A DNA stretch of 63,713 bases, filler included, from Kipferlia bialata (lineage: Eukaryota), in the NCBI GenBank assembly GCA_003568945.1. It is 3 parts of 3 records of this genome, joined end to end, with 100 filler letters (N's around TTAATTAATTAA, not from the genome) between each part and the next. Parts side by side here need not be neighbours in the genome. Positions count along the whole stretch, not along the records: positions 24,173 to 48,241 come from BDIP01000240.1; 2 more parts are not named here. One strand, written 5' to 3'. Positions within the stretch are counted from its first letter, which is position 1, and each line of letters starts with the position of its first letter. Of the stretch, positions 26,685 to 38,600 are shown piece by piece. The position numbers and the translations under genes are program-made. The notes under the pieces were generated by a model. It did not search any database. It saw only the letters and a list, made by a program, of their open reading frames with translations, and was not told the DNA's origin.

Positions 26685-28604
26685 CCTCCCTTACCCCTAG
26701 AGACATCGACTCTGTCATCATCGACCTCACCAATGCCTCTGGGGGTGACGCTGCCTCTGCGTCTCTAGTCCTCGAGGCACTCTTTGCACCCAACGTGGCA
26801 CCCCTGCTCGTGGGGGGGACCAGTGTCACAGCCAGGTATTGCTGTTACTGAATGTCATATATGTATGGTTATAGTGTTATACCGACGTGGCACCCCTGCA
26901 AGGGAGAGGGACTAGTGTATCAACTAGGCACGTCCAGGATATATAGATAGTACATGTAGTAGAGTACGTATGGACCTAATACCTAATACCTAATGTGTTG
27001 TGAGAGGGACCACCGTCACAACTACGTATGCTAATGTGAATGGTATATAATCTAGAACGGTGATTGTATTCACTAACTGTAGAAACATCCAGGGTGGCTA
27101 TGACATGTTTAGTATCGTGTATAATGTGTGTGAGTATTTAGTATTCGTGTGTGTGAATATGTATGTTTCTATATCTACTTACCCCAGGAACATCCAGTGT
27201 GGCAATGACCTCTCCTTCACCTTTGGCACAGAGGAGTACCAGAGGTCACTGTACATCAGCAGTGCTGGCGTGTCATCCTGCATGGGTGTGTATCTGTGTG
27301 TATACATAATGTATGAATATACAGAGATATAGTGATTGTGAGCAGTATAGACCACTGCGCCTTAATGTTAATTAACACTCATCTTCGTGTACAGGTTCCT
27401 CTATTTTGCCCAGTTACCTCACCCTCAGTCTCCTCTGACGATGGCTCAGCCCTCTCTCAGAACAATACCCTTGTGTACGGGTCAGGGGACGTTGCATGGT
27501 GAGATAGTGTATATGTATAGTGCATTCATTCTGACGATATCAGCCTCGGACCTCTTTCTACTCGATGAACACTACGATATATGCGTATATACTGGAAGAG
27601 AGTATGTAATTTTATACCTGCCTATCTCAGCAGTGATGTCTCGGACCCCTCCTTCTCTATATACACTACTTTCTCTCTCTATATATATATGCTACTCATT
27701 ACTAGTGTAGATAATAGTCTTATCCTACGTACTTACCCCAGGGGTGATGTCTCGGACCCTTCCAGCTACTCTCTAGGATTCCCCCAGATGCCCAACTCCC
27801 TTGGAAAGGGTAAGTGCTGGAATCAAGTGTTAAGTAATCTTTTCATACATGTTTAGGGTAATGTGTTTACCTCATGGTTGTATTTAATACGTTTACCCCA
27901 GTTGGCGATCTCGACTTCTCGTGGGTGTACGAGTGTATATGTATTTGTATATATATGTAGTGTGTGTATTATGTATATATATATATATAAATACATACAA
28001 ATGTGTCTTATCCCAGTTGGCGATCTCGACTTCTCCTGGGTGTACAGCCGCAAGGAGTTCGAGGAGTTCCCTCTGGTAAGTGGAGACTTTGCATATATTG
28101 TCTCGGTGTACATATTCTTCTAGTACCACCAGATACTCAAAATAATGTATGTTTCAGTGTATTCACATTGGCATGTTCTTTTAACTAGCAATTCTCTATC
28201 CCTCACCCTTAGGTCATGGACTTCCCTGAGATATACCCCTCCGATGACTTCTGGAACACTATCATGACGGAGGACGCCTCCGAAGGTAAGATTATCACTA
28301 CTATAAATACATTTACATACAGCGTATTCTATAATATACCCCTCCGATGACTTCTGGAACATTATCATGACAGACGACGCATCCGAAGGTACAGCATGCG
28401 TAGTATTAGTGTTGTTCATAGTCTATTTGTGTTTGTACTCTGCACTGACTTACGGGACCACTCTGACAAAGGACTCAATGCATCTTAGTGAGTGCTATAT
28501 ATTTGTGTATATGTAAGTGAGTACTGTATATATGTATAATAGTCTCCCCACCCGTAATTAAAATTGTATATACCTATATTGGAGTGTATCTATCTATATC
28601 TATG

Positions 28605-28660
<56 letters not shown>

Positions 28661-30506
28661 TGTGTATGTATGTATGTATTACTCTCCCTCCCACCCCCAG
28701 ATGACATTGAGTATGCCAATGCCCTTGCCGACCTAGCCTCTCTCACTAGGGTGGTCAGAATGCCAACACTAGGGGTCCAGGGATCAGGTACCAAAATGTG
28801 TATGAGTACACTAACTATACCTATACTGTATATGAACGTATGTTTATATTGATATAGTGTGGTCAGAATGCCAACACTCGGGGTCCAGGGGTCAGGTATA
28901 CATATAGATATATATAGACATACATATATTCATTTGGTAATACATGGAATAGCTAGGATTCCACCGGGTCAGGTAGGGACATGTGTGTAAGTTCGACAGT
29001 CTTCATTCGTATATATTGATCTCTAACACCCAGATGGCACTGAGAACCTCATGATGAACAGTGGACTTCTCAACATCCAGATTGGATCAGGTGGGGAAAA
29101 TACAGTGTCTATATACAGTCAAGTAGTCGTGTTCACACCAGGTGAGCTGGAGCTTGGTGCACTGAGCCGGATGGAGCCCAATCAGATCACAATCTTGACC
29201 AGGTATTGATATGGTATATAGTATTAATGAGTATCTATCCAGCCAGATCACAGTGTTGACCAGGTATAAATATGGATTATAGTGGTTTTGACTCTTTCAG
29301 TACCAAGGAGATATATGTTATCTTGGAGTTCATCTCACCCCAGTTCCTCATGTGCCGATGGGTGCTCCGCATTTGTACTGGGCGTTCAGGAGCAGGTAGT
29401 GTTTCATACTATACATGGAAATATACATGTTGTGACTCTTGGTCTGGATTTACTAACATATCCCTCTCTTCCTCTCTCTCTCTCCCTCTCACCCTACAGC
29501 GTCTAGGCCATTGATGTTGTCACCATTGGTGTTATATACTTGTTTAGTTACATATATAGAGCGTGACCTCACCCGTAGCGTCTAGGCCACGTTGTCACCA
29601 TCGGTTTGGATGGCCAGACCACAGCTGGTGCCAAGGCATCTGTCCTGGAAAGTGTTGGATACTCAAAGTCTCTCACCAACGGTACGAGGATTGATGTGTA
29701 AGAGTAGATGCACATATACATGCACATACTATATATATGTCTCATTCACTGGCTCCCTCAATGGTATAGTGAATATATATGGTAAAGTATTTGAGTGTAT
29801 AAGAGTGTAATCTCTATATCTGTTAGAACCAATTGGTGTATTTACATATTTCGCTGACTCCAGGTATGTACACTGTGCCCCGTGCCGTCACCGCTCCCAT
29901 CGCCAACTACGAGGTACAGTTATGTGTATATTGTATATATATGTATTGTAGTTCCTTTGTGGATCGCGTAGCTATTCTGACCCCTAGGCCTTTGCCGACT
30001 GGCAGAGTGAGACCGACACCCCTCCCTCCATGGTTGGATCCACCCCCTCATTCGCACCCAAGGCAGAGAATGGTACGGTCTCTCTCTCTTTTTCTGAGAT
30101 ACTATTTCTAGGTTCATATATGTTCATCTTTATACTAGTTTCGTCTAAAGTCGGCATTCTTCTTCTCTTCTTGTCTATACCCCAACGCGCTCTTTCAATG
30201 TAGTGTGTCCCATTTCCCATATTACCTATGTGTCTTTGTACCTCACCGTATCTTGATTATTTGACTTATTATAGTTTACTCATATCTCCATTAACTATTA
30301 TTTACCGCAGTGATACCACTGTTTGCATCCAGTGTGGCCACTAACCTCGTACTATTTACGTGTATTATACGTATATTATACTTATATATATCTTCTTATT
30401 AGTTATGTATATTATTTGTGTAGTACTCAGATATATATATAGTTATTAACCCCAGTGATACTCAAGAAGGACATCCAGTGTGGGCACTGTCTCTCTCTCT
30501 CTCTCC

Positions 30507-30545
<39 letters not shown>

Positions 30546-32860
30546 GTCTCGGTTCCTATCCTTACCCCAGTGATCCTTAAGAAGGACATCCAGTGTGGCC
30601 CCAGTTGGCCAACCAACGGTGTGGACTCTGATACCCCCAGTGCTGGGGGACAGATACACGCCACGGCAGTGCTGTACAGCGAGGTAACCGTGTTCCTACC
30701 TCTCCCAATACATCATTCTGATTCCATTTTAATACTAGTAGTACTATTGTGAATATCTTGTAAATATTCCTTACTCCAGGCCAGCCTGACCTCCTCCCCC
30801 CTCCCATCCAACATGGTCACTGGGGCAGAGAGGCTCATCCAGAACAGCGGGGAGGCAACTAGTGAGTGTACGTATGTATAGAATGTATAGATAGTATATA
30901 CTGATCATATATACTGGTACTGATGCTGATGATTATCCGGAACAGCGGAGAGGCATCTAGTGAGTGTACGTATGTATGGTGTATATATAGATATATAGTC
31001 ACTGTTACTGATACTGAGAGATCCCTCTTCAGAGTGTACGTCACTATTTCAATTCATCTGTGAGATTATACTCCTGAGCGTAGCTATAATACTCCAGACA
31101 CCAATGCCGTCAGACGCATCTTCTACGGCTTTATAAGTGTATATATATATATATATATAGTTATATACGGATACTATAGATGAGATGTCTACTGATCTTC
31201 AGACACCAATGCCGTCAGACGCATCTTCTACAACGCATATGCATATATATGTATATATAGTAATATACAGATACTAGAAATGAGTTGTCTTATACAATGT
31301 ACAATACAATATCTATAGTATTCTAATCTCCAGACACCAATGCCGTCCGACGCATCTTCTACAACGCAGACCTCGACAGCTCTGTCACTGTAGACACCAC
31401 CTCTGACAGTCTGGGTCTCCCATTCACATGCGAGGTATTACAATTATACCAGTATAGTAATAGTATAATGAATATATATATATATATATACATATATATG
31501 CACTGTCACTATAGACACCACCTCTGACAGTCTGGGTCTCCCATTCACTTGCGAGGTTTTATAATAGTTCTATTGTAGTAACAGTATAATGAATATATAT
31601 ATATATACTGTCACTGTAGACACCACCTCTGACAGTCTGGGTCTCCCATTCACTTGCGAGGTAATGCAATGACACATTTTTCAATTTTCATACTACCCTA
31701 CACAGTAACATAGTATTTTCCAGACATGGTAGGCATTTATATGCGAAATAGATCCAAATCATTGCCATTATGCTTCTCACCTCCTTAAACGCCCCAATAC
31801 TTCTCCTCTCACCCCTCCAGCCCGCTGAGGGCGAGACCTCCTACACCGTCAACCTGTGGAGCTGCAGCCCTGGCGAGGGTCTGCGTCTGATGGGCCCCAG
31901 GGCCACCTGTGACTACGAGCCCCAGTCGGTGTGTGCCAACATAGTGCCCACAAAGATGGAGGTATTGTGGCACCTCTCTTGTCTCTGTACTCCAGGATCT
32001 CATCGCTATTTCAACTCTTACTGTAGGTACTCCTCCTGCCTCCTTGCCAATATCAATGTCCTCTCCCTCTCTTCTTATTCTTCTCTCTCTCTCCATCTAT
32101 ATGTTAATATTAATAGTATGTTAATATATTCTTACTGTAGGTCTTCTCCTCCTACCTCCTTGCCAATGTCAGTGTCCTCTATACTCTCTCCTTCTATCTC
32201 TATCTATATGTATATATATCCTCTTATCTCAGGTATATATTCATCCTACCTCCTTGCCAATGTCAATGTCCTCTCTCTCTCTCTCTCTCGGTCTATCTCT
32301 CTGCCCCCTTTAACAGTAGGTCTACTCTTCCTACCTCCTTGCCAACCTCAATGTCCTGGTAGGCATGGCAGCTGTTGCCCTCCTTGGCCTCACCCTCCTG
32401 TCCATGCTGGTGATGGGTGTTACCAAGGCACTCAGGGTATGTAGATGTACTTAGCATATATATTATGTATTATATTGTATTCACCCTGCTGTCCATGCTG
32501 GTGATGGGGGTCACAAAGGCTCTCAGGGTAAGTATATATACTTTCCATTTGTATAATTGTATTGTTGTATACATTTACCCTCCTGTCCATGCTGGCCATG
32601 GGTGTCACCAAGGCACTTAAGGTACCTAGATATATACACACNNNNNNNNNNNNNNNNNNNNNNNNNNNNNNNNNNNNNNNNNAGATATATACACACATGT
32701 ATATAGTGTATCCTCTCTTGTGATATACCCATGCTGGTGATGGGGTTCACCAAGGCACTCAGGGTACGGATATGTATGATAGCATATAATTACTATTATA
32801 TATGTTGTATTCACTTGTGTTATCCATGATAGTGATGGGGGTCAGCAAGGCATTCAGAGC
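24278..32860 (+). repeat. Array of intronic exon-end echo copies (more than 30) in the S41-like gene
   Basis: Examples: donor echoes 24945-24980 and 25077-25112; four acceptor echoes 26315-26620; acceptor echoes 31098 and 31203; donor echoes 31503-31555 and 31607-31660; four donor echoes 32480-32860. Confidence 0.92.
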
Positions 32861-32980
32861 TCGGGAAGATAATTGTATATGTATATATATTTACTCCTGA
32901 TTGTTTTACTAACCCATTAGCGCAAGCGCTCCTGGAATGACGCAGGAAAGGTGGCTCTGGACCTGAGCATCGTTGTATAG
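24393..32980 (+). CDS. Type I membrane protein with a peptidase S41-like domain; more than 20 exons, 5'-truncated
   Basis: IDSVIIDLTNASGG (S41 IIDLRxNxGG motif) and EPNQITILTSSSCADGCSAF...RLGHVVTIG (compare the eukaryotic S41 motif IvILTDG.CASTC..F). C-terminal TM LNVLVGMAAVALLGLTLLSMLVMGV, then RKRSW...IVV*. Confidence 0.7.
32642..32682. other. Assembly gap (41 N)
   Basis: N run inside an echo-containing intron. Confidence 0.98.
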
Positions 32981-33315
32981 ATAGAGAGGGGGAGAGAGAG
33001 AGAGAGAGAGAGAGAGATTCCCATACTTCCGAATGAATCTCGAGTATTCTCCATGAACATTGGTTTTCCGGACGTCTCCCCTAGAGGTGTCAGAAAGATG
33101 ATTTTTGTGTCGTTGCATCTGCATTATGTATGTGTAATAGACTGTTTAGTGTGATCTCTTAAGCTTAGTTTCCTGACCTGATATAGTGATGAGAGATACA
33201 GATTTGAGCTATCAGGTCTTTGAGTGAGGGTATCTCTAGTCCCTCCCAATTGCGGGTTCGTAGTGCTGTTTGCAACACCACCTCATCCTACTCATGCCCG
33301 TCAGGCACACATACT

Positions 33316-35228
33316 ATGCAGCAACCTGTGCCAGTGATGTACACCACTCCCCTCCCTACCCAGAGACCCCCTCCTAAGGAGATGTGGATAGTACGTATCA
33401 CACATACACGCCTATCTATATATATCACAACACCAAGTGATACCCGCAAACATGCACTGATTATCAGACATTTAGCGATATCTATATATGGAGTAGAACA
33501 CATACTGCTGTGTTTTGAACTGACTCTTGTAGGTCAATGTCATCTGGTTCTTCAGTATATAGTTGAATATAGTAATGTATATAGTTACATACACGCCCAT
33601 GAATACATATGTTAATATACTCATTGTATTCTCATTGTATTGACTCCTTCAGGCCTATGTCATCTGGTTCCTCTTTGGCACACCTTAAGTAGATGACGTA
33701 CATATCTTCTATTACTGTCACAACACAGCACACATGTATTGACTTCCAGGCCTATGTCATCTGGTTCTTCTTTGGCACATTTGGCTTCCACAGACACTAC
33801 ATTGCATGGCCCGGTGTGTCTGTACCTGGCACTACACTGACTGTCCTCGCTGTAGCCAGCTGTATCCTCAAGTATGGTGCGTAAGAACATTAGTTTTAGA
33901 ATTGTCAATACTATATTAGTCTAAGATTATATTATTATATTATAATGACTATTTGTTTGTTATTCTGTGGCCAGTTGCATCCTCAAGTATGGTACGGTGC
34001 AGAGACATTCTTAGTTGTCTTCTCTAGGCACTCACCTACACTACATAAGGTGTGTCCTCAAGTATGGTGCGTAATAATTCATACACTCTATAGGAGACTC
34101 CTATTATGAGTCAACTTGCTATTAGCAAGTTGCTATACACTATTAGTGGTTGAATCTGTGGGTAGTTGTCTCCTCAAGTATTGTGCCTTGTGTACACAGT
34201 TAGGTGGTGTATATCAGTATACGTATACTATACGACGAACACATTGCGTTGGGTGATGCTCAATTACGGTGCGTATTACGCAGCGTAATTGTGATATGTT
34301 ATCTCTTCTTGTGTGACCCTCTGCTGCACTATACCTGGCTGGAAACTCTAGTGAGGAGGCTAATAGACAGTAGTTTGCCTTTTACTTCGTTAAGATAATC
34401 GTGCCTCACTCACTGTCAGTCTTCTACCGAATCCGACTGGCTCTGTACCTTGGTACAGGAATCCAGAGCGCCATAGGTAACACTAAGTTCTCCACACATA
34501 CATATGGCTGGATGCACGTATGTCACATACAGTTTATGTTGTCAATGACAATACACAGACAGGCTCTTCCTCAGCAAAGACAAACATCATCGCTATTCAC
34601 TCTAGGCATATGGTGGCTCATTGATGCCTGTCTCATTCCAACACTCGTGAACGCCGCCAACTTACAGGTAATATCACTCAGTGTTCAGACCAAATAGAAT
34701 TTAATTGAATAGTAGAATTACGTATAGATTGTTGTTTCCCACAACAAGAACCTGAGTGTGACATGTATATGGGAACCATTGGGTCTTTGATAGATAGTAT
34801 CTTCTTTTGCCTAGGAAAGATCTTGACCCCCAGACACAGGGACCTCCAGTCAAGACCGCCATTGTCGGTGGTGTTGCAACGGTAAGTGCGGGATCATTCG
34901 TATGACAATATATGTGACTTACCCCAAGGACTACCCCTCCTACCCACCCACCATGGGACAGCAGCCCCCACGCAACGCTGTTCTCAACTCTCAGCCCATG
35001 CCGCAGCCCCAGCCACCTGCTAACCCATATGCCCCTGCCACCGGACCTAACCCCAATGTTACTGCTAACCCATACCCTAGTGCACAGCCCAATCACTACC
35101 ACCCTCAACAAGAGCAGTACCCTGCTACTGAGGGACCGTTTGTGCAGCCTGTCACAGGATATGCCCCTGCTCCTATGCCTGTGGTACCAACATATGACGC
35201 TCCACCTCCAGCCAATGGTATGCAGTAG
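33316..35228 (+). CDS. TM2-domain membrane protein with a Pro/Tyr-rich C-terminal tail
   Basis: KEMWI|AYVIWFFFGTFGFHRHY (TM2 motif AY.LW.F.G.FG.HRFY) and GIWWLIDACLIPTLV. Last exon is DYPSYPP...NGMQ*. Confidence 0.82.
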
Positions 35229-35650
35229 AGAGTAGTGGTGGAATAGATAATTGGAACAACAGTGTGAGTCACTGTCAGTGACTCATCTCCAGATAGAGTA
35301 GGATGTCAATGTCTGGGTTCTACGATCCAGGCTCATCGCCACAATCTCTAATTATACCTGCAGGCCTGAGCCATGTTGGTTGGTTCTAAGTCTTAGTCCA
35401 GACCTTCTAGTCAACCATATAGGATTCTTGTGTTTCTACCTGTGCTGTAAAGTAGACGTAAGACGCTGTAGAGAAGAAATCTTCAAGAAACAAGGTACCG
35501 TTCCAGTGCATGCTGGAGTGAAGACCTCATACAAGGTCCCTAAGCAGTAGAGCAGCGAACCTGACTGTCTCTATAGTGGTGCGCGCCTGACTCCCCTAAC
35601 CGTCTTTTGAAGGCGTGTGACTTCTGGATTGCAGGCGCAGAGGAGTAACC

Positions 35651-38600
35651 ATGTTGGTAAATAGGGTGAGTACAGAAGCTCCACACTACTACACCGCTCC
35701 TTACCTGTATGGATACCCTCTACAGTCTTCATAGGATACTTCTGTTCAAGGCTTTGGCACAACAGATTCACTCACACATAGCCGATCCTCACAGCTGCAA
35801 TCGTGCATCTTGTGTGCACTGTGCTGATAGTTCCGTACTACCTGTCCTGTTCCTCCACCCTGGATGACTGTTGTGTACTCACTCTACACAAGGCACTTCA
35901 CTGGCTGGTTCGTCTGTCCCTCTCTCGCAGTGCGGTCTGGCACGGAAGAGCAGTCGTATTCTGGAGGAGGTACATCCTCCCCTTAGAGATGCTGGGCTCG
36001 CTCAGTGGAGTGTGTGGTCTGCTACTGTGTATACTTGGCGTGAGGGACTGGTCTACAGCTACTAACGTAGAGGCTCTACTCTGTGGGGTACCACTACTGG
36101 TATCATCTGTAGCACTTCCACTGCTAGCCAAGCCTGTCCATCCCAAGTGTCACTCTCACCTATGTGAGACATGTGGGACTCTACACGGAGCTGCAATACT
36201 GTACCCAATGGTTCTGTCTTACATTGTATCCATTGTCTCCATCACCCTTCCTGGCGACTCGCTACCCCACTTACCCCTCTGGTGTATGTTGGCCAATATG
36301 GTTATGGTATGGACTGCGCCCGTAGCACTCTACCAGCCAGCTCTGAAAGTAGCAAGGTTGCTTACACACGATGCAACTGCCGACTCTCCAAAGGAGTCAC
36401 GGTCTCCCTATAGCGAGGTGGTACTTCAGTGTGTGAGGATTCTGAGACTCTCCTGCTACACAAACCATGAAGTAGCAAGGGCCTCACTTGTGGCAGATAT
36501 ACACCAGAGACTCCTCTCTGCTGCAGAAGCGGACCCCAGTGGCAGACTTATGTTCGTTCTGTCCAACGGTTTCAGCGATCAGAGTGTTTCTGTCCAGGAG
36601 GGGAGGCTCAGACACACTGCTTGTTTGGTTCTGACTGAAGTAGAGACAGACTCACGGGAGTCACGCTCACACACTACACATGACTGTGTTGCTATCCGAA
36701 GAGTCTCAGTCGCTCACATATGCATCCTGTCTCTCCTATTGAGGGTTCACAACAAGTGGGGCTTTGGCGTAAACTACATTGTCCACAGTCTCTCTTCCAT
36801 CCTCTGGCCATCCCTGCATTCATGTATGTCTAGTCAGTGGGCCAGTGTAGCTACTAGTGAGACTAGTGTCCCAGACTCACGAGTAACTATTGGAGCAGAC
36901 GAGCTACTCCGTGTTATACAGGTAGCAATCACATTCTCTTTAGTACTATTCTGATTCTCTCTGCTGCTGAAATGACTTACTTTGATACTCTGTGCCAACT
37001 TCAAGTACTCGTTGGTTACCATATATACAAATATCAATCCATATTGTATGTATTTCGTTTCTTCCCTAATTGAACAGGAAATGACAGCAGATCCAACGTT
37101 TTTAGTGATGCACAGCAAGCTACACGCACTAGGGAAGTCGGTAAGGCGAGGCACACTGTACAGTTTGGAGCATCACGATGGGGAGTACCAGGGATTCCCT
37201 GATGCCATAACAGGGCAGCACAGACATCCGGACCTACTCGATACCAGCAAGGTAATGAGACTCAATGTCTGTCAATAATTACATGTTATATACAATTACC
37301 TAACAGTAGGAGAACATCGACAGAGCAATCTTGGCATCAGCCACTTCTGCTGACATGATATCCACTGGAACCAGCACCCTGTCTCTACACGATGCCCTTG
37401 ACTCAGAGATCAGTACCTCAGGGTCATTCTCCTGGTCACCGTCCTCAGAGATTCTCCTCTCTCCTGACCCAACCATGGAGTGGAAGGTTCCCTACCCGAG
37501 ATGCAACATACCAGAAGGGTACCACGACCATCACATGTCAATGGATCAGAGACCGGATGGGCCTATAGTGACAGCCAGACATAAGGTGCCCTGGGACAAT
37601 GCAAGGCCGCTCCGTGGGAGCTATATGATGGCATATCGTAAAGGTAAGAACACTGAGATAACTGTGGGAGTATGTCTCTTTCTGTATAGTTCCTTACCTA
37701 TACAGATGTGCGAGTGCATTTCTATAGTGCACGTTAGACACCAAGTCTGACCCATCTAGATGCTCGCAACAGCGCATGTATCACTGTGTACCGTTCATGG
37801 TTGGATCTGCTTGGGGTGCATGGCCACCTGAAAGAGATCAATGAACTCAGTGCATTCCCAAAGAACGTGCACCCGGAGGACCTCGCAGAGGTATTGACAA
37901 CAAATTCAGTTTAAGCTGACTGCCATACAATGATTATGGCTATATGGATACTGGTGCTATATGCAGAGGTAACACTCACTGTGGAGGCTACTTGGGTAGT
38001 AAGGGAATGTCTAATAGTTCACTTGTATCCCACGCCACTGCATTTCATAGGATTACAAACAACGCTCGCAGAATCCAACCTCAGACATATGCAGCTCTAG
38101 AGAGCGCTGAGAAGAATGGTATCTGGCTTGCACACTACAGACAGCTGGTACCGACAACATACCCATATGGGAAGTATGTCCACATGCGCTCAATTGGGTA
38201 CGTAGTGTGATACTACAGAGCCATGATCTACACTGAAGGTTACATCGTGTCATCTTAGTAATATAATGAGACTCTTACATCAGGCATGTAGTGCGCTACT
38301 CTACCAGTGGACGGGCGTTGTTGCTGGCGGGTTACGCTGAGAAGATGCCACACCCAGATGACTTCACCGTGACATCTGGGTCATCTTGCAGAGACTTTGG
38401 ATCAATCAGGTATATATGCATTATACAGTAGTTTACTACTCTGTTGTCCGGGTCCACCATGTAATTGTATTGTACGACATGATGGAGTGCGGTGTTGTAA
38501 CTACACAACATCTTACCCCCAGTGAGTGCATCAATGCCTCCTGGACAAGTGAGCAATCAGCAGAGACCCACCAGGAAGTGGACTCTGTCTTCTCAACAGC

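Noticed and set aside
14355..32980. TAA/TAG reassigned to Gln as in hexamitid diplomonads
   Set aside because: Genes end at TAA (14357, 23320) and TAG (32980), and long exons contain no in-frame TAR codons.
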